A stretch of 64,000 nt of DNA from Octopus sinensis (Eukaryota): assembly GCF_006345805.1 (NCBI RefSeq), contig NC_043010.1, forward strand, positions 57,226,001 to 57,290,000, read 5' to 3'. A model generated the notes under the pieces. That model saw nothing but the letters and a program-made list of their open reading frames with translations, was not told the DNA's origin and did not search any database. Position 1 is the first letter of the stretch. The number at the start of each line of letters is the position of its first letter. This document shows, in pieces, positions 28,238-41,590 of the stretch. A program made the position numbers and the translations under genes.

Positions 28238-28517
28238 CACTGTTTCACTTAAGTATGTTGATACTAATAACCTGGTGTTAGAACTCAATACACACATATT
28301 TCAGAAGAAAGCAGATGTTGGGTCCAGAGCAGAATACGAAATTAAATAAATGATAAGGGAACAGGAAATTATACAATGTACTGCATTGGCTTACAGCTGT
28401 TTCTGCTATAAGGTGATGCACAAGCACTCAGTTGAGTGCATTGCTTAATGTATTCTTCCCTTGTCATTTATTTAATTTCATCTCTCTCTCTCCCCTCTCT
28501 CTCTCTCCATATATAAA

Positions 28518-28551
<34 letters not shown>

Positions 28552-28842
28552 GGTGCATGACCAAGTGATTAAGGCGTTGCACTTACAATTGCAAGATTGT
28601 GGTGTCAATTCCTCGACTGAGTGATGCATCGTGTTCTTGAGCAAAGCATTTCATCTTACAGTGATTGCTTCTTGGACACCTGACGTGTGGCACACTATGC
28701 CCCCATACAGGCAACGTCAATTTTATGGAGGAAGTGAGCTGATGCAGTTCACGTACATTTATTTGATCCCTATCAACGAATCATTCGTGCAGGCTGATCA
28801 GCAACAAATTGAAGAATGATCATTCTCAGTCTACGAAAGATT

Positions 28843-28877
<35 letters not shown>

Positions 28878-29689
28878 GTATACTGTACATAGCTGTAAGA
28901 TAGTTATATATTAAGAGTTAAATTACAGTACAAATGCAGACATCTGTAAAGAAGAACATTTGAGAGCAGCTTCAAGAGCAGAGCAGAGAATAGAATGTGA
29001 CAATAGACAAGAATATGAAAGTTGTTTGTGAAAGGAATCTCTCTATTCTCGATATATTTTCATATATAATCAAACTAAGAGTGACAAAAGAAATGCTTCA
29101 TGTGAAGGTGAAAATATCATTGAATCTCTGGCTAGACAGAATATAATATTGGATTAAAAGAATATGAAATAATAGCAATTACATGTTTTGCCTTCAGCTA
29201 TCATACCAGACCAATATCTGATTCCATTGGGATGTTATGAATATATTATAATTCAGTAAAGCAGTGTCTACTGCGGAACTCAAAGATGCTACGTGAATAT
29301 CTTTATTTCAAATTTACAGATTTGAAATAATAATGAAATGCTACCCAAGAAAACCTGTTCTTTCATATGTGTCATACATTTAACTCATAGTCATGACTAC
29401 TGACTTACAGACCTACCTTTCACTCCCCCTGACCTCCCTACACACCTATGTGCTTACCTACTTAACTGCCTTTCTACCCACCTGTCTTCATACCAACCAA
29501 CCTATCTACCTATCTACCGACATACATACATACATTCATACATTCATACATTCATACATTCATAAAACATGCATAAATTATTTTATGGCAAAACAACTTC
29601 AACAAAAAGCATCTTTCTGAGCAAGCAAATAGAAATGGCCATCACAGATAGCAATTTTTATTCCAACTCTCATGATGCTAATCAATCTT

Positions 29690-30600
29690 CTTCCAAACAC
29701 TGAGAGCCAGCCAAAATATGCCAGAAGAGAGACTGATAAGGATATAAAGAAACCGTTGTTGCCATCCTTGAACACTCATATATCTCCATATCCAACTCAT
29801 TCAATAGAGACGACTGTTGAATATATTCAACTTAAGAACATTTCGAAACCACAGTTCATAAAATTTTTTATCAATTTTCTCTGCCATCAACGAGTGACAG
29901 GCCATTCTTAACATGATAAAAGAAAACAGCCAACTGCCCTCCTGCTAAAAGTTATCAATGATGTTGCTGAAGAGCGCATGGAATCATCTGATATTAATTA
30001 CTCGACAATTAATACTTTCCCATAAACAGCCGCTATTGCAATTAAAGAACATCCAGAAAAAATCTGAAGTAGATTTGCTAATAAAATTACTAAACTGAAG
30101 CAACCCAAGTGAAAAAGAAAACTGGAAGAAAACGAACATATTGGGTGGCTGACCACAATAAGTGGAATAATGAGTTCAAACCTCACCAGTGACATCTTGT
30201 GCATAAAATGATGAAACTTGTGGTGATTCTTTTACTTAAAAGCTGAAACTCAGGTCACTGAGTGAAGAACTTTGCAATTATAGAAAAATATTGGAGAAAA
30301 ACCAATACGGGTCATAAGTTTACTTCCAATCTACAGACAATATACTGGGAGATGAAGAGGAAAAACCTTAGCATTAAGAAAATCCCTTCTGAGGAAAATC
30401 TTAAATCATTCTGGTCTAAGATATGGAAGCACTGTGGCTGAATAGAGTTAAAAAAGATTGGTGTACCAACATCAACAGTAAAACATACCCTATCGACCCT
30501 GAAACTTTGACCATAACTATAGGCAGACTATATAATGGGTTGACATATAGGAAGAGAGCCAATAGTTGGATATTGGTACAAGAGGCTGACCTTCTACAAG
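29690..30600 (+). mobile_element. decayed R4/Dong-like LINE, pre-RT region
   Basis: Fragments INDVAEERMESSDINYSTIN and PSEENLKSFWSKIW, the latter resembling the P..E...FW..IW motif of R4-clade ORFs; many stops. Confidence 0.5.
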
Positions 30601-30831
30601 AAAACATTGACGAAAACAAAGTGTTTTCTGTGTTGATCTTGGGATGAAAAATAAAACAACAGTTTATACACACTGGGAGAGACAAACTCTGGGGTCTACG
30701 ACAAAATACCTGGTATGTATTGATCTGTGACTAGACCATTACAAAGGGGGAAACACCATGCAAAATTCATGATTGCAAATCTGTACCTTAAACATGATTA
30801 GCAGAGATGTAGCTTTTCAGTCTTGTTAGGG

Positions 30832-30869
30832 ACCTATGTGCTTTTCGACAAGGGCCTCTTGCAGTAGGT
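30832..30869 (-). ncRNA. decayed hammerhead-like motif downstream of the PLE endonuclease
   Basis: Minus strand: ACCTA-CTGCAAGA-GGC cctt GTC-GAAA-agcaca-TAGGT. Perfect 5-bp stem I; 1-nt insertion in the core; stem III lost. Confidence 0.4.
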
Positions 30870-31199
30870 GTTCAGAAAACTTACCACCTGTACTGACACA
30901 TACCTTCATTCTTGATGGAAATTTTCATCAAGTGCTTTGTCTTTCTTGGTTAAGGTCATTCATAGTATACAACACGTAACAGAGATGTTAAAAACCAGGT
31001 AATGCTTGTACTTGAAGCTTTTTTAAATGAGGAAAGACTTTGCCCAGGATCAATTCCACTCTTTACACAACACATGCATTTGTCCATAAAGATTATATAT
31101 TAACATTATATCTCGAATTTTTCCTGGATACATAGATGGCGAATCCATCAAGGATTTACACTTGAAATGTTGCAGTTTAATCTGTTATTTGTGTAAATA

Positions 31200-31560
31200 A
31201 AGGAATATGGTTTTTTCTCTAATGTTCAAAATGTTCAATGTTGAAGTTATGAGCTTTTATTTTTCTGTAATACAGAGTTTGCATTTGCTGTGTCACACCT
31301 TATATTTCTTAACTTTAGTTATAATGCTCCAGTTATGGATCCTTAACACTCCTCTGTTTAAGGTTCCATACCATATTAGACAAAGAAGTTGCATATGTTT
31401 CATTCTTACCTCTAAACGAAGCCAAGCATTACATGTGTCTTTCTTTGCAAGTCTTTCCAGTCGCTCCAATGTAAGTTATTATAATTCCATTCATGTCAGA
31501 GATATTGACCGAGTAAACCGTTTTCCCTCTGGGCACATATTGTTCAGTTATCAGGGAATC
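31200..31560 (-). pseudogene. Penelope-like element GIY-YIG endonuclease fragment
   Basis: Minus translation GKTVYSVNISDMNGIIITYIGATGKTCKEK ... ATSLSNMVWNLK ... WSIITKVKKYKV*HSKCKLCITEK contains the VY..YIG, T.LS..W.LK and C.LC..EK motifs of PLE endonucleases. Confidence 0.75.
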
Positions 31561-32491
31561 CATACTTACAAGATCTATGTGGAGGTGTTCCTCATGCTAT
31601 TGATTGAAGCTCCTACTTATTTTATTTATTTTGTAAGTGGCTGAATATTCCATAGACACATGCACCCTTAATATAATTTTCAGCCAGACTAAACCATGGC
31701 TGGTCCCTTGAATTACTGATTCAGCCCACTGGTTGAGCTTCCCAACATCTTGTCTCCCCAATTCTAATCTTCAGTCCTGAGTCAACTAAGAGCAATAGTA
31801 AAAAATTCTTCTCCAAAGTCTTCTTCCGTGTGATTACACCATAAAAAAGCAAATCAGAGAAATAGTTGAGAAAAGATGTAGAAGTCAATTTATGATACTG
31901 GATAATGAAAATAACGATATAGTGTTTATAGGCTGAGAAAATGATTAATAAAAAGTGACCATTGGTCTGTGGCCAGGAGGGAAGCATTGGCCGATGGTGA
32001 GAGAGCTTTCCAATGAAGAAGTTTAATCAAATTAAATTTATGATGTGTCACTTGTATTTCATGTGACAGAATAAAACAGATACGTTAATAATCACTACAT
32101 GGAGTTCAGCATTGATATTCATTAAGTGTGTTTGTGTAAGACACACACACACACACACACATACACATACATATGCACACATACATACATTTATGTGAAT
32201 ATATCTGTATATACAACGATTTATCTGAATAACAATTGTACAAGTGTTTCAATGAGTTACAGTTGTTTGTGCCATGAAACATGATATATCTCCTCATTGG
32301 AATTTATGCTATACTTGTATATATGTATGTATGTATGTATAGGAGAGTGTGTGTGTGTGTATGCATGTATATATGTGTGTGTTTATATATATATATATAT
32401 ATAATATATCTATATATATATATAATATATCTATATATATACATACTTACATATACATGCATATATATATACATATATATATATGTATATA

Positions 32492-32556
<65 letters not shown>

Positions 32557-32929
32557 TCTATCTATCTGTTCTTGTTTGGATTGACTATATATATATATAT
32601 ATACAGGTATGATGATGATGATGATGACACATACATATACATCCATATGTATATTCCTACACACATACACATATTCAACGTTTAGATGTGTGTGTTTGTG
32701 TGTTCTTTTATTGAACAACAGCACCAGCATTAAGAAGACTGTGGGTCAATGTGACTTTGGTATTTCTGTCAACAATGATTTGTGTTGCATGTCCACATTT
32801 CTAAAAGCATCAAATAGTCCAATATATCTTATATATTTTCCCAGTAAAACTTTTGTCTGTCACTCACCAGCTATGGTTTTTTTAAAACTATAAAGCTATT
32901 AAATGTCCATTTTTACAGTTTGCACCTCC

Positions 32930-33179
32930 AGTCTGTGAAATGCCATCTTATCCAGAATATTAATGGAGTAGAAGCTGTCCAGAGATGAGCCACTAGACTA
33001 AATACCTATGTTGGTGTCACGTATAAAGAACCCAGCACACTCTGCAAAGTGGTTGGCATTAGGAACGATATCCAGCCGTAGAAACCATGCAAAATCAGAC
33101 TGGAACTTGGTGTATCTCTCTGGCTCCCCAGTTCCAGTCAAACTGTTCAACCCATGCCAGCATGGAAAGTGGGCGTTAA

Positions 33180-33212
<33 letters not shown>

Positions 33213-33810
33213 GCCATATCTTGAATGACTTGCTTCTCTTTGCAGCAGCATACTAAAGCCATGAGGTCATGTTGTCAACTTAATGTGACTGTCCCATGAA
33301 AGGGAAGAATGTTACTGTTATTTAGCCCAAGGAAATACCGTTTCCTGTTGGACTTGACACATTTCCTGTGTCCTCATGTTTTCAAAGGGGAGACAAATAC
33401 CTATTGAAAACATAATGACACAGGAAATGTTTCAAGTCCAACAGGAAACGGTGTTTCCTAGGGTTAAATAACAGTAGCATTCTTCCCTTTCATGGCACTG
33501 TCACATTATGTTGACAACATGCCATCTCTTTATTGTGCTGTAACTGCATAAATCTCCCTGAGAGATTTAGAAATGCATTATTTCTATTATCTCCCAGCTT
33601 AGAAATAACTTTGGCCATCTTTTTGAATTTGATATTTCCAAGCCATGTGGACACGCCATTAAAATCAAAAACAATGTCGTATCCATGTCTTTAAGAAACA
33701 TTTTCATGCTTTGTATTGTCAAAGCATGGAATAAATTACCAACATTAGTTGTTAGCTGTCAGGAAAGTGCATCCTTTGAAATTTCCATGCTTCCTGAAAT
33801 TTCCGAACGT
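32930..33810 (+). mobile_element. CR1-group LINE 3' fragment interrupted by insertions
   Basis: VEAVQR*ATR at about 32960 and GH..KI...IVKAWNKLP at about 33650-33745. It is split by an RTE-tail repeat (33008-33210) and a foldback. Confidence 0.6.
33268..33522. mobile_element. foldback/MITE-like hairpin, about 115-bp arms
   Basis: catgttgtcaacttaatgtgac...catgttttcaa pairs with ttgaaaacata...gtcacattatgttgacaacatg; the spacer is about 18 nt. Confidence 0.8.
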
Positions 33811-35337
33811 TACTCCTGAGATGCCTATGTAACCTTTTCCTCTTCTGGGTTCATTTGCTGTTCATTTGTTTGTCTTTTTCTGCTGCATTCTGTGTACTGT
33901 GTACAGACTTTAGGCTGTCATTGCTGTTGCACACTCCACTTTCGGATGTTTTCTTTGGTTGGATGCTTTTCCTAACCCCAATTACTTTAAAGACCTTTTT
34001 TAAGCTGGGTGCATTTATATATGGCACCAGCGGAAGGAAGATTGGTAAGGAGATTGAATAGGAAAAGTAAATGGCACCATGGGAAACAGAATAAAAGGGA
34101 TGCATTGGGGTAAGTGATGGGAAGAGAGAGCAGTAGTTGTGAGGGTAGATTCACACGAAGGACAGGGATTGATGGCTTACTATGAAGAAGGGAGCCATTT
34201 TTTGTTCTATAAGTATCATGATGGTGGGGAAGATGGAGTGATAGCGGGGTCGATGGTGGAGGGATTAAATACAGACACATCAAACACCATCCTTCATTAC
34301 ACAGGTTGTTTGGTATATAATGAATAAGAGGGAAGAGTGTAACATAGAGGGCAGTAGATGGAGACTTGATAAGAACAGGATGGGAAAGAGAGACCCCGAT
34401 GTAAGATATGTGTCTTAATCCCCACCACAATTATTTTGACTACCATTTTGCCATGTTTCCATCTGTGACTGGATCTTCTCCAGTTTTGAGTTCAGTCATT
34501 CATCAAAGACTCTTTTAAGTTGTCAGGTTCAGTTTTTTGGAATCAGTTTTCTCTACTTTATCTCAATTTTTTTTTGGTATTCTTCTCTCATAGGTTCCAT
34601 CTTCTTCATGTTCTCAGCACTCTGTTACACAACCGACGCCCTCCATACATGCCACATCCTCGTCCCAAAGCAGTCTTCTCTCTCTCCCTCTCTCTGCATC
34701 TCCCCACCCCCTAATGTTTATCTTCTCTCAGCTTATTTCTCTTCCATCGTTCATTTACACTAACATGTGTCCAGTAGGATGTGTTTGCTTCATCCCCCCC
34801 CCCAACCATTGAAAACCTTCTGCATTCAAGGCTCATATCTCCCTAGAATCAAGCATTGTATTTCATACACTAGTAATATATAATTTGCCCCTTTCCCTCA
34901 CAGACTTCTTACCCCTTGTTGCCTGCCAAAGTAACTGCTCTCGGAACCTCTTCACCCTCACCTTACTCTGACTGCTTTCATAATATTTACCTTCACTTCC
35001 AATTAGGTTACTTAATTAACTAAAGCTGTTAACTACATATTTTTTCCATAGGCTTACTATTGCACGCTGGCCTCATACAAAGTCCAACTTCTTTATTGGC
35101 CAATTTGTGACCCCGCTTCACCTTTTCTTCATATTCAACATGGCCATTTGTCTAACAATAGCAAAGACTTGTCTTCCTCCCTATCTAGAATTTGAGCCTT
35201 TGCTAAGCTGTTGTACACACTGCCATATACACATATGTACATATATCTACACATACACACACATCATGTATGTATGCATGAGTGCATATATATATATGTC
35301 TCTCTCTCTCACTCTCTCTTCCTATGTATGTATGTAT

Positions 35338-35368
<31 letters not shown>

Positions 35369-37295
35369 GATAGATAGATATACATATACATATATTATAT
35401 ATATACATATACACACACACACGAATGTAGCAGTGGGAAATGTACAAAGGGTTATCTCTACAAACAGTTGACAGAAAACATTCAGAGCATTGATTGTTAT
35501 GATATTTTCAGTCAACCGAGTCAGCCTTAACTTACCACACAAAACATTGTCACTTGATACTAACACATGGATGTAGCGGGAACCTGCAAAACTTTCTAAG
35601 ACCAGTCATGTGACCAATCAAATCCTATTCAAAACATTTACTAATTTGAGCCATGAACTCCCTATAGAAATATGGCAAGCTTCAAACACAAGTCAGAAGC
35701 AAGACGACTGCAACATAAGCCATGTCTTTCTATTTGAACTGTTTGACAATCAGTGTAAATTGTGAAACCGGTTAAAGCATTAAATATTATAATAATAATA
35801 AATATTTTAATTTTTCTCAGTGCATTTTCAACTTCTATTTTTCCTATATATATATGTGTGTGTGTGTGAAATACCCACATATATCATGTTTGACCTTGTG
35901 CCTTTTTATAAGAAACCTTATTGCTAAGAATCGGTCAGTGAACTGACAGAAATGACAGACTATTATTTAGTCTTTATGTCCTGAGTTCAAATAGAAATAA
36001 CAGCAAAACATCCTTTAGATTTCTCTCAGCCATTTAAATGAGATAAAATTTGATAAAATAGTTCTCTATACTTTTAAAAAGACTGGATGACCAAGGCTGG
36101 AATGCTTTTATGAAATGAGTTCAAATCTGACCAGGGATGATTTTTAACTTTCTCCCACCAAAGGGAAGGTAAAATAAGTACCAGTTATATACTTTTGTTA
36201 ATTCATTCCCCAAAATTTGCAGTCTTTTGTTAATATAATTCAACAATATTTTTATCAGTGCTTTTTCATCACTGAAGACGGTGCCTCTTCCCCCGTCAAT
36301 AACATTAGTAAAACACTGCATGAAAGGGTATGAATTTCAACTTTATATCTTTGCCATCTAATTTTGAAGTTGGTTGTCAGTCAATTTTACCTTTTCAGTA
36401 AGGTAGAAAGAAGTAGACTGGTTGACTTTATTGAGTCTAAACCCAACAAACAACCTTCTCCACTTAATTGTAGTTAGGTCGCTTGGTGTAAAAACAAGGT
36501 TTTTATTATTATTATTATTATTAATTATTATTATTATTATATTATTGTTGTTGTTGTTGTTGTTGTTATTTTTTCCGGATGACAGCTTCATATTTAGAGT
36601 GTATATTTTACAATATTTCCACTACATTTCGATTAGTTTGATCTCTGGGCTGACTGTACAAACCCAGAAATAAGTCATCTGATGACAATCAGAGTTTGAA
36701 CTGTTCTATACGTTGTGTAAATATTGTAATTATACGCTCAGAAGATTAGGTTAATTGTCTGGAAAATTATCATCTGAATCATAATAATTGATCTCTGAAT
36801 GTTAGACAAAGTTTTCTTGTTTAGTGCCATAATATGAAGAAGTCATTTCAAGTAGGAGATGTCAACCATATCAGCCTCTCCTGAAGGACTTTTCAGTGTG
36901 TTTATATCAAGCGTAGAATATGTAAAGCTGATGGGAGTTATGTTGTATGCCATCACTTTCTGCTTATTCCATTGCAGTGTAAAGAGGATTACAGGATAAA
37001 AATAGTAACCCTGTTCTTATTATTGTGTAAGTTAGGTCAGCCCTGATTGAACAGAACTAAGGCTGCGGGAATAGGTGTGTGTAATCCACAGATCCATATC
37101 TCTAGATTTACCATACGTCCCTCAAGTAAAGAGCCATACTGCATGTTCTGACATACAGTGAAGATTAACTATATAAGGGGGTCTGTACGGTAGGATGGGT
37201 CTGAATGTTGTACACTCCTCACTTTTATGTTAACTCTGCATCTGGCAAATAATGATAGACATTCCAGCCTTGGTCATCCAGTCTTTTTAAAAGTG

Positions 37296-37518
37296 CAAGG
37301 TCATTGCCAGGACCGCCTGACTGGCCCTGTGACGGTGGCACATAAAAGCACCCACTACACTCTCGAAGGGGTTGGTGTTAGGAAGGGCATCCAACTGTAG
37401 AAACCCTGCTAGATCAAGACTGGAGCCTGGTGCAGCCATCTGGTTTGCCAGTCCTCAGTCAAAATCGTCCAACCCATGCCAGCATGGAAAGCGGACGTTA
37501 AACGATGAACGAACGAAC
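37296..37518 (+). mobile_element. RTE-type 3' tail repeat
   Basis: ggaagggcatccaactgtagaaac...aacccatgccagcatggaaagcggacgttaaacgatg. Other copies lie at about 21050, 33008, 58043(-) and 60140. Confidence 0.8.
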
Positions 37519-37954
37519 TATTTTATCAAATTTTATCTTATTTAAATGGCTGAGAGTAACCTGAAGGATGTTTTGCTGTTATTTCTAGTTGGTTGAGTGA
37601 CCATATGATGTTGTTGCTATTGTTTAGCCTCAGGATAATGTTATCCATGGTGGTTGAGTGTGATTTAAGGGAGATTTGTGTTGATTCTGGAGGTGACTAC
37701 AACAGCTGGGAGCAAGGTCAACCCTACCTAAACATGGTACTTGCTGCCCCTCTCTACTTATTGTTCATCGTTTGACATTACAGCACACTTTTCATTTCTT
37801 TTATCTTTGATGGTATTTCTTGAGACACTATTTTATCAACACTAAACTTGAAGTCCTCTAATAAGTCACTAACTTCAGTCAGTCCCTTGTGCATGTGTAT
37901 TTGGCAGATAGTTGACACTTCAATGTAGTTTGACATGAATTTGTGACGAGACAG

Positions 37955-38157
37955 GTTGTATTTTGTGTGCTTGGAATAACCCTGAAAATGATACTAAACC
38001 ACCACCAAATCCACAGTACCCAGCAGATATCTTGGGTGACTTCGGGGTTTTGATGAAAGTCTGGACCATCGCTGCCACTGCAAGGGATGTTTCTACTGTG
38101 GATTTGGTGGTGGTTTAGTATCATTTTCAGGGTTATTCCAAGCACACAAAATACAAC
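37955..38157. repeat. perfect 64-bp inverted repeat with 75-bp spacer
   Basis: 37955-38018 is the exact reverse complement of 38094-38157. Confidence 0.9.
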
Positions 38158-38160
38158 AGC

Positions 38161-38292
38161 GACAGAGACCTTGTTACGGCGAGAGGGTCCTTGCACAGCA
38201 AGAGAGACCTTGTTAGAGTGAGAGAAACCTTGTTACAGTGAGAGGGACCTTATTACAGTGAGAGAGACCTTGTTACAGTGAGAGGGACCTTG
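38161..38292. repeat. 20-bp minisatellite, about 6.5 copies
   Basis: Unit gagagagaccttgttacagt with variants and no spacers. Confidence 0.85.
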
Positions 38293-38700
38293 AAACGTCC
38301 CTGACCCCAGACATATTGGATGTGGAATTACATCTGTCAGAATTGACTACAGAATATGGAAACGAGGAGAAATAGAGATCTTCATCCAAAAAGACCTGGC
38401 CACAAATGTCCTTCTCTCACACAGTGTGTGATATGTCACCAGATATTCCACCTTCGAAATCCCAAGCAAGAACACTTTATTGTACGAGTCAAATATTCAG
38501 AGATCCTCAACTGTTCAACTGCCTGCCTAACAGAATCAGAAATATAAAAGGAACCTCTAGTGAAACATTAAACAAACAAAAAAAAAACCATTGGTAACAG
38601 AAACAAAAATACCGGACTGGTCAGCCATTCAGGGATGCACTGAGGGGAGGTCAGTTGCTACCAACTCCATCACTGACCAACTTCCAGCCATAAAGTGATG
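38293..38700 (+). mobile_element. CR1/L2-group LINE 3' fragment
   Basis: PQLFNCLPNRIRNIKG and ATNSITDQ C-terminal motifs. Confidence 0.55.
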
Positions 38701-39099
38701 ACAAAGCCGGAAGAAAATAAATTGAAATGGTACTGCATCATGGCTCCATCATGGCTGCAGTCCTACCACTGAAACCTCCCAACTACATAGTTCCAGGTTC
38801 AGTCCCACTGCATGGTACCTTGGGCAAGTGTCGTATTCTACTGGATCGACCAGAGCCTTGACAATAGATTTGATAGAAATGAAGTCCGTCGTACACATGT
38901 GTGTGTGTGTGTGTGTCTACTGTTTTTCAAATTACTAATGATGTAATATTTGTTTATTTTATTTAAAAACTACTTGTTGGAATTCAACAAAATTTCCTTA
39001 GAATGATGGCAACAGTTATATATATGTGGTGTGTAAAAAATGTGAGGTTTTGCACAAATGAAAACAAACTGTGGCCATTGGCAAGATTTCCACAAACTT

Positions 39100-39510
39100 T
39101 CAGTGTTCCAAATTATTAACAAGTAGTCTGATAATTGTGTAATTATGGGTCGTAAATGTGACTTAACTGCTTCAGAGAAATCTCTTGTTACTTGTGAACT
39201 TGCAGAAGGTAAATCAAGATTAGAAATATCTAAAAGGATTGGAAGATATCAGCAAACTGTGAAAACATTTGTTGCAGCTCCTATAAAGATATGTTAGAGA
39301 GCCGCCAAGGGTCAGTTGAGGGCAGTTTCTCAACCTTCTCTGTCATGAATTAAGAGTGAAGCTGTAAAGAAGCCAGGTCTTACAGATGGAGAACTTCTCA
39401 AGTGCATTGGTGAAACAACTGTGTCCAGAATTACTCATTGTCCTCTTCTGTAAAAAGTCAGTAAACCAGTGACATCAGTTGAAAGGCCTCCTTTAAACAA
39501 AATACGCATA
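39100..39510 (+). mobile_element. Tc1-like transposon 5' part (HTH region pseudogene)
   Basis: ATG at 39145 gives MGRKCDLTASEKSLVTCELAEGKSRLEISKRIGRYQQTVKTFV...VSRITHCPLL*K...RPPLNK, with in-frame stops. Confidence 0.75.
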
Positions 39511-40133
39511 CGAAATTGTCAAAATTATGCTGCTTCTGTCTTTGATGGTGCAGGTACCATGAGCGGAAACATTCCAGGCACACAAAAGAGATTAAAAGAC
39601 ATGTTTCCTGGTACATATTTTGTACACTTCAGAAACCACTCTCTGGGTTTTGTCCTCCAAGAAGCTGGATCTACGATTGCCCTGGCCACAGATGCATTGA
39701 GCTTTGTTCATCAAAACACCATTTTTCTGGAAGTGTTACAGACCAGTCTTTGTGATGAGAATGTCATCATGTTGCAAGCCTGTGTCTGTTGCACTAAGTG
39801 AGAGAATGTTCAGCACACTTCACTGTTTGAAGACCTCACTCTATACCACAATGACGCAACACCGTCTGACACACTGGGCTGTAATGCAAGGACGCAAAAA
39901 CTTGTGCAATGGAAACACTTTGCACATCCTCTTGGAAAACTTCATCACCAAAACGAACCAGTTTGGAAAATATGGGGAATGATTTGAAGAATTACTGTTC
40001 AATGTATAATAATGAAAATTTTTATTAAATCTGTGTTTGTTTCAATGTTAAGATTGAAAAAATCAGCCTTGTTTGTGAAAAAACTTGGACCTGAGTTTGC
40101 ACCCACTAAGCAAATTCTGTCCCCAGGCCACTG
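39511..40133 (+). mobile_element. hAT transposon 3' part with internally deleted transposase
   Basis: FDGAGTMSG...YFVHFRNHSL (hAT DGA..MSG and CxxH region); ERMFSTLHCLKTSLYTTMTQHRL (dimerisation domain); terminus ...ggccactg. Confidence 0.8.
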
Positions 40134-40577
40134 ATTACAATACTAATAGACTGTTAGTAATATATTAACTAAAGAATAACTGCTGTATTATTGAGTTGTT
40201 GGATAAATTCACTCATTGTTTTTTCTTTTCTACTTGGCTCTCCATCATGAAAAGAGATAAAATTTATTCAGATTTCAAAAACGTGGAACAAAACTTGGAA
40301 AGGAGGAATAGAACTACAAAAGCAAAAAAAAAAAAAAAAGAAAGAAGAAAATCAATAAAAATACTTTTCATGTTAAATCAAATAACATTAAAAAAGATTA
40401 AAATAAATGGGGGAAAAACTCACAAATTTATCTGACAAACCCAATTATAGACTTTTGTTTGTTTACTGCCACAAACATTATGACTCTCCTAATAGATTCT
40501 TGCTTGTAAAAATAGCAAAGTCTTAAGATCTTATTGCTGGTAGTTACAAACTCATATGAAAATGAATATCTTCAGAG

Positions 40578-40868
40578 AAGCGGTTCTCAACTGGGGTCTA
40601 TCTGACCCTTATGGGTTCACATGACCCTTGGGGTGGGGGGGGGGGCATATAAGATTCTGTTGTTGAAATTTATCTGCAATAAATTGGTTTTACTTCGATA
40701 ATACACAAATATTTTAATGTATTTTTTTATACAATTCCTAATAAAAATCAATTAGAAAAATGCAGTAAGATTTTTTTTATATACAGTGAATGGCTGTGGA
40801 GGGTCCAGTAGAGTAAAGCAAGGACCAGATGGGTCCATAATAAGGAGAAAAATGGTTGAGAATCCCTG
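40578..40868. mobile_element. hAT (Charlie-like) MITE
   Basis: TIRs aagcggttctcaac / gttgagaatccctg; 8-bp TSD cttcagag / ctttagag. Confidence 0.8.
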
Positions 40869-40934
40869 CTTTAGAGTCTACTTGATTCAAGCATAATCAA
40901 CTAATTTGATTGGGCGTTTTAGTGACTGCAGTAA

Positions 40935-41154
40935 TACTCTTTTACTTTTTTACTTGTTTCAGTCATTTGACTGTGGCCATGCTGGAGCACTGCCTTTAGT
41001 CGAGCAAATCGACTCCAGGGCTTATTCTTTGTAAGCCCAGTAGTTATTCTATCGGTCTCTTTTTGCTGAACCGCTAAGTTACGGGGACATAAACACACCA
41101 GCATTGGTTGTCAAGCAATGTTGGGGGGACAAACACAGACACACAAACATATAT

Positions 41155-41191
<37 letters not shown>

Positions 41192-41341
41192 CGATGGGCT
41201 TCTTTCAGTTTCCATCTACCAAATCCACTCACAAGGCTTTGGTCGGCCAGAGGCTATAGTAGAAGACACTTGCCCAAGGGAATGAACCCGGAACCATGTG
41301 GTTCGTAAGCAAGCTACTTACCACACAGCCACTCCTACGCC
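40935..41341 (-). mobile_element. tRNA-derived SINE family A, full length
   Basis: Minus head GGCGTAGGAGTGGCTGTGTGGTAAG (A box)...GGTTCATTCC (B box-like), CORE-like CCTTGGGCAAGT, internal (TA)n, A-rich tail. Confidence 0.9.
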
Positions 41342-41590
41342 TATAATTATAATAATTATAGTAATTATAATAATTAATAGCCTACATGTAAAATACTTGT
41401 CTTCATATGCAAGGTTCAGGGATTGAAAAAGTCCCTTAAATATTCCATTCTACTAAAAGCACATCCCATATTACTTTATCTGTCTCACTTTGGACAATTT
41501 GCTTTTTCTTCCTGAGAAAGTTTCCCTGACCAGCGTTATCAAACTCTGCAAACAAATGAAGGTGGTACTTTTAAACTTGGCAACAAAATA

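Noticed and set aside
36270-36300. CTGAAGA plus hairpin
   Set aside because: No GAAA box or cleavage triplet.
38161-38292. CRISPR-like array
   Set aside because: Units are head-to-tail with no spacers, there are no cas genes, and the context is eukaryotic.
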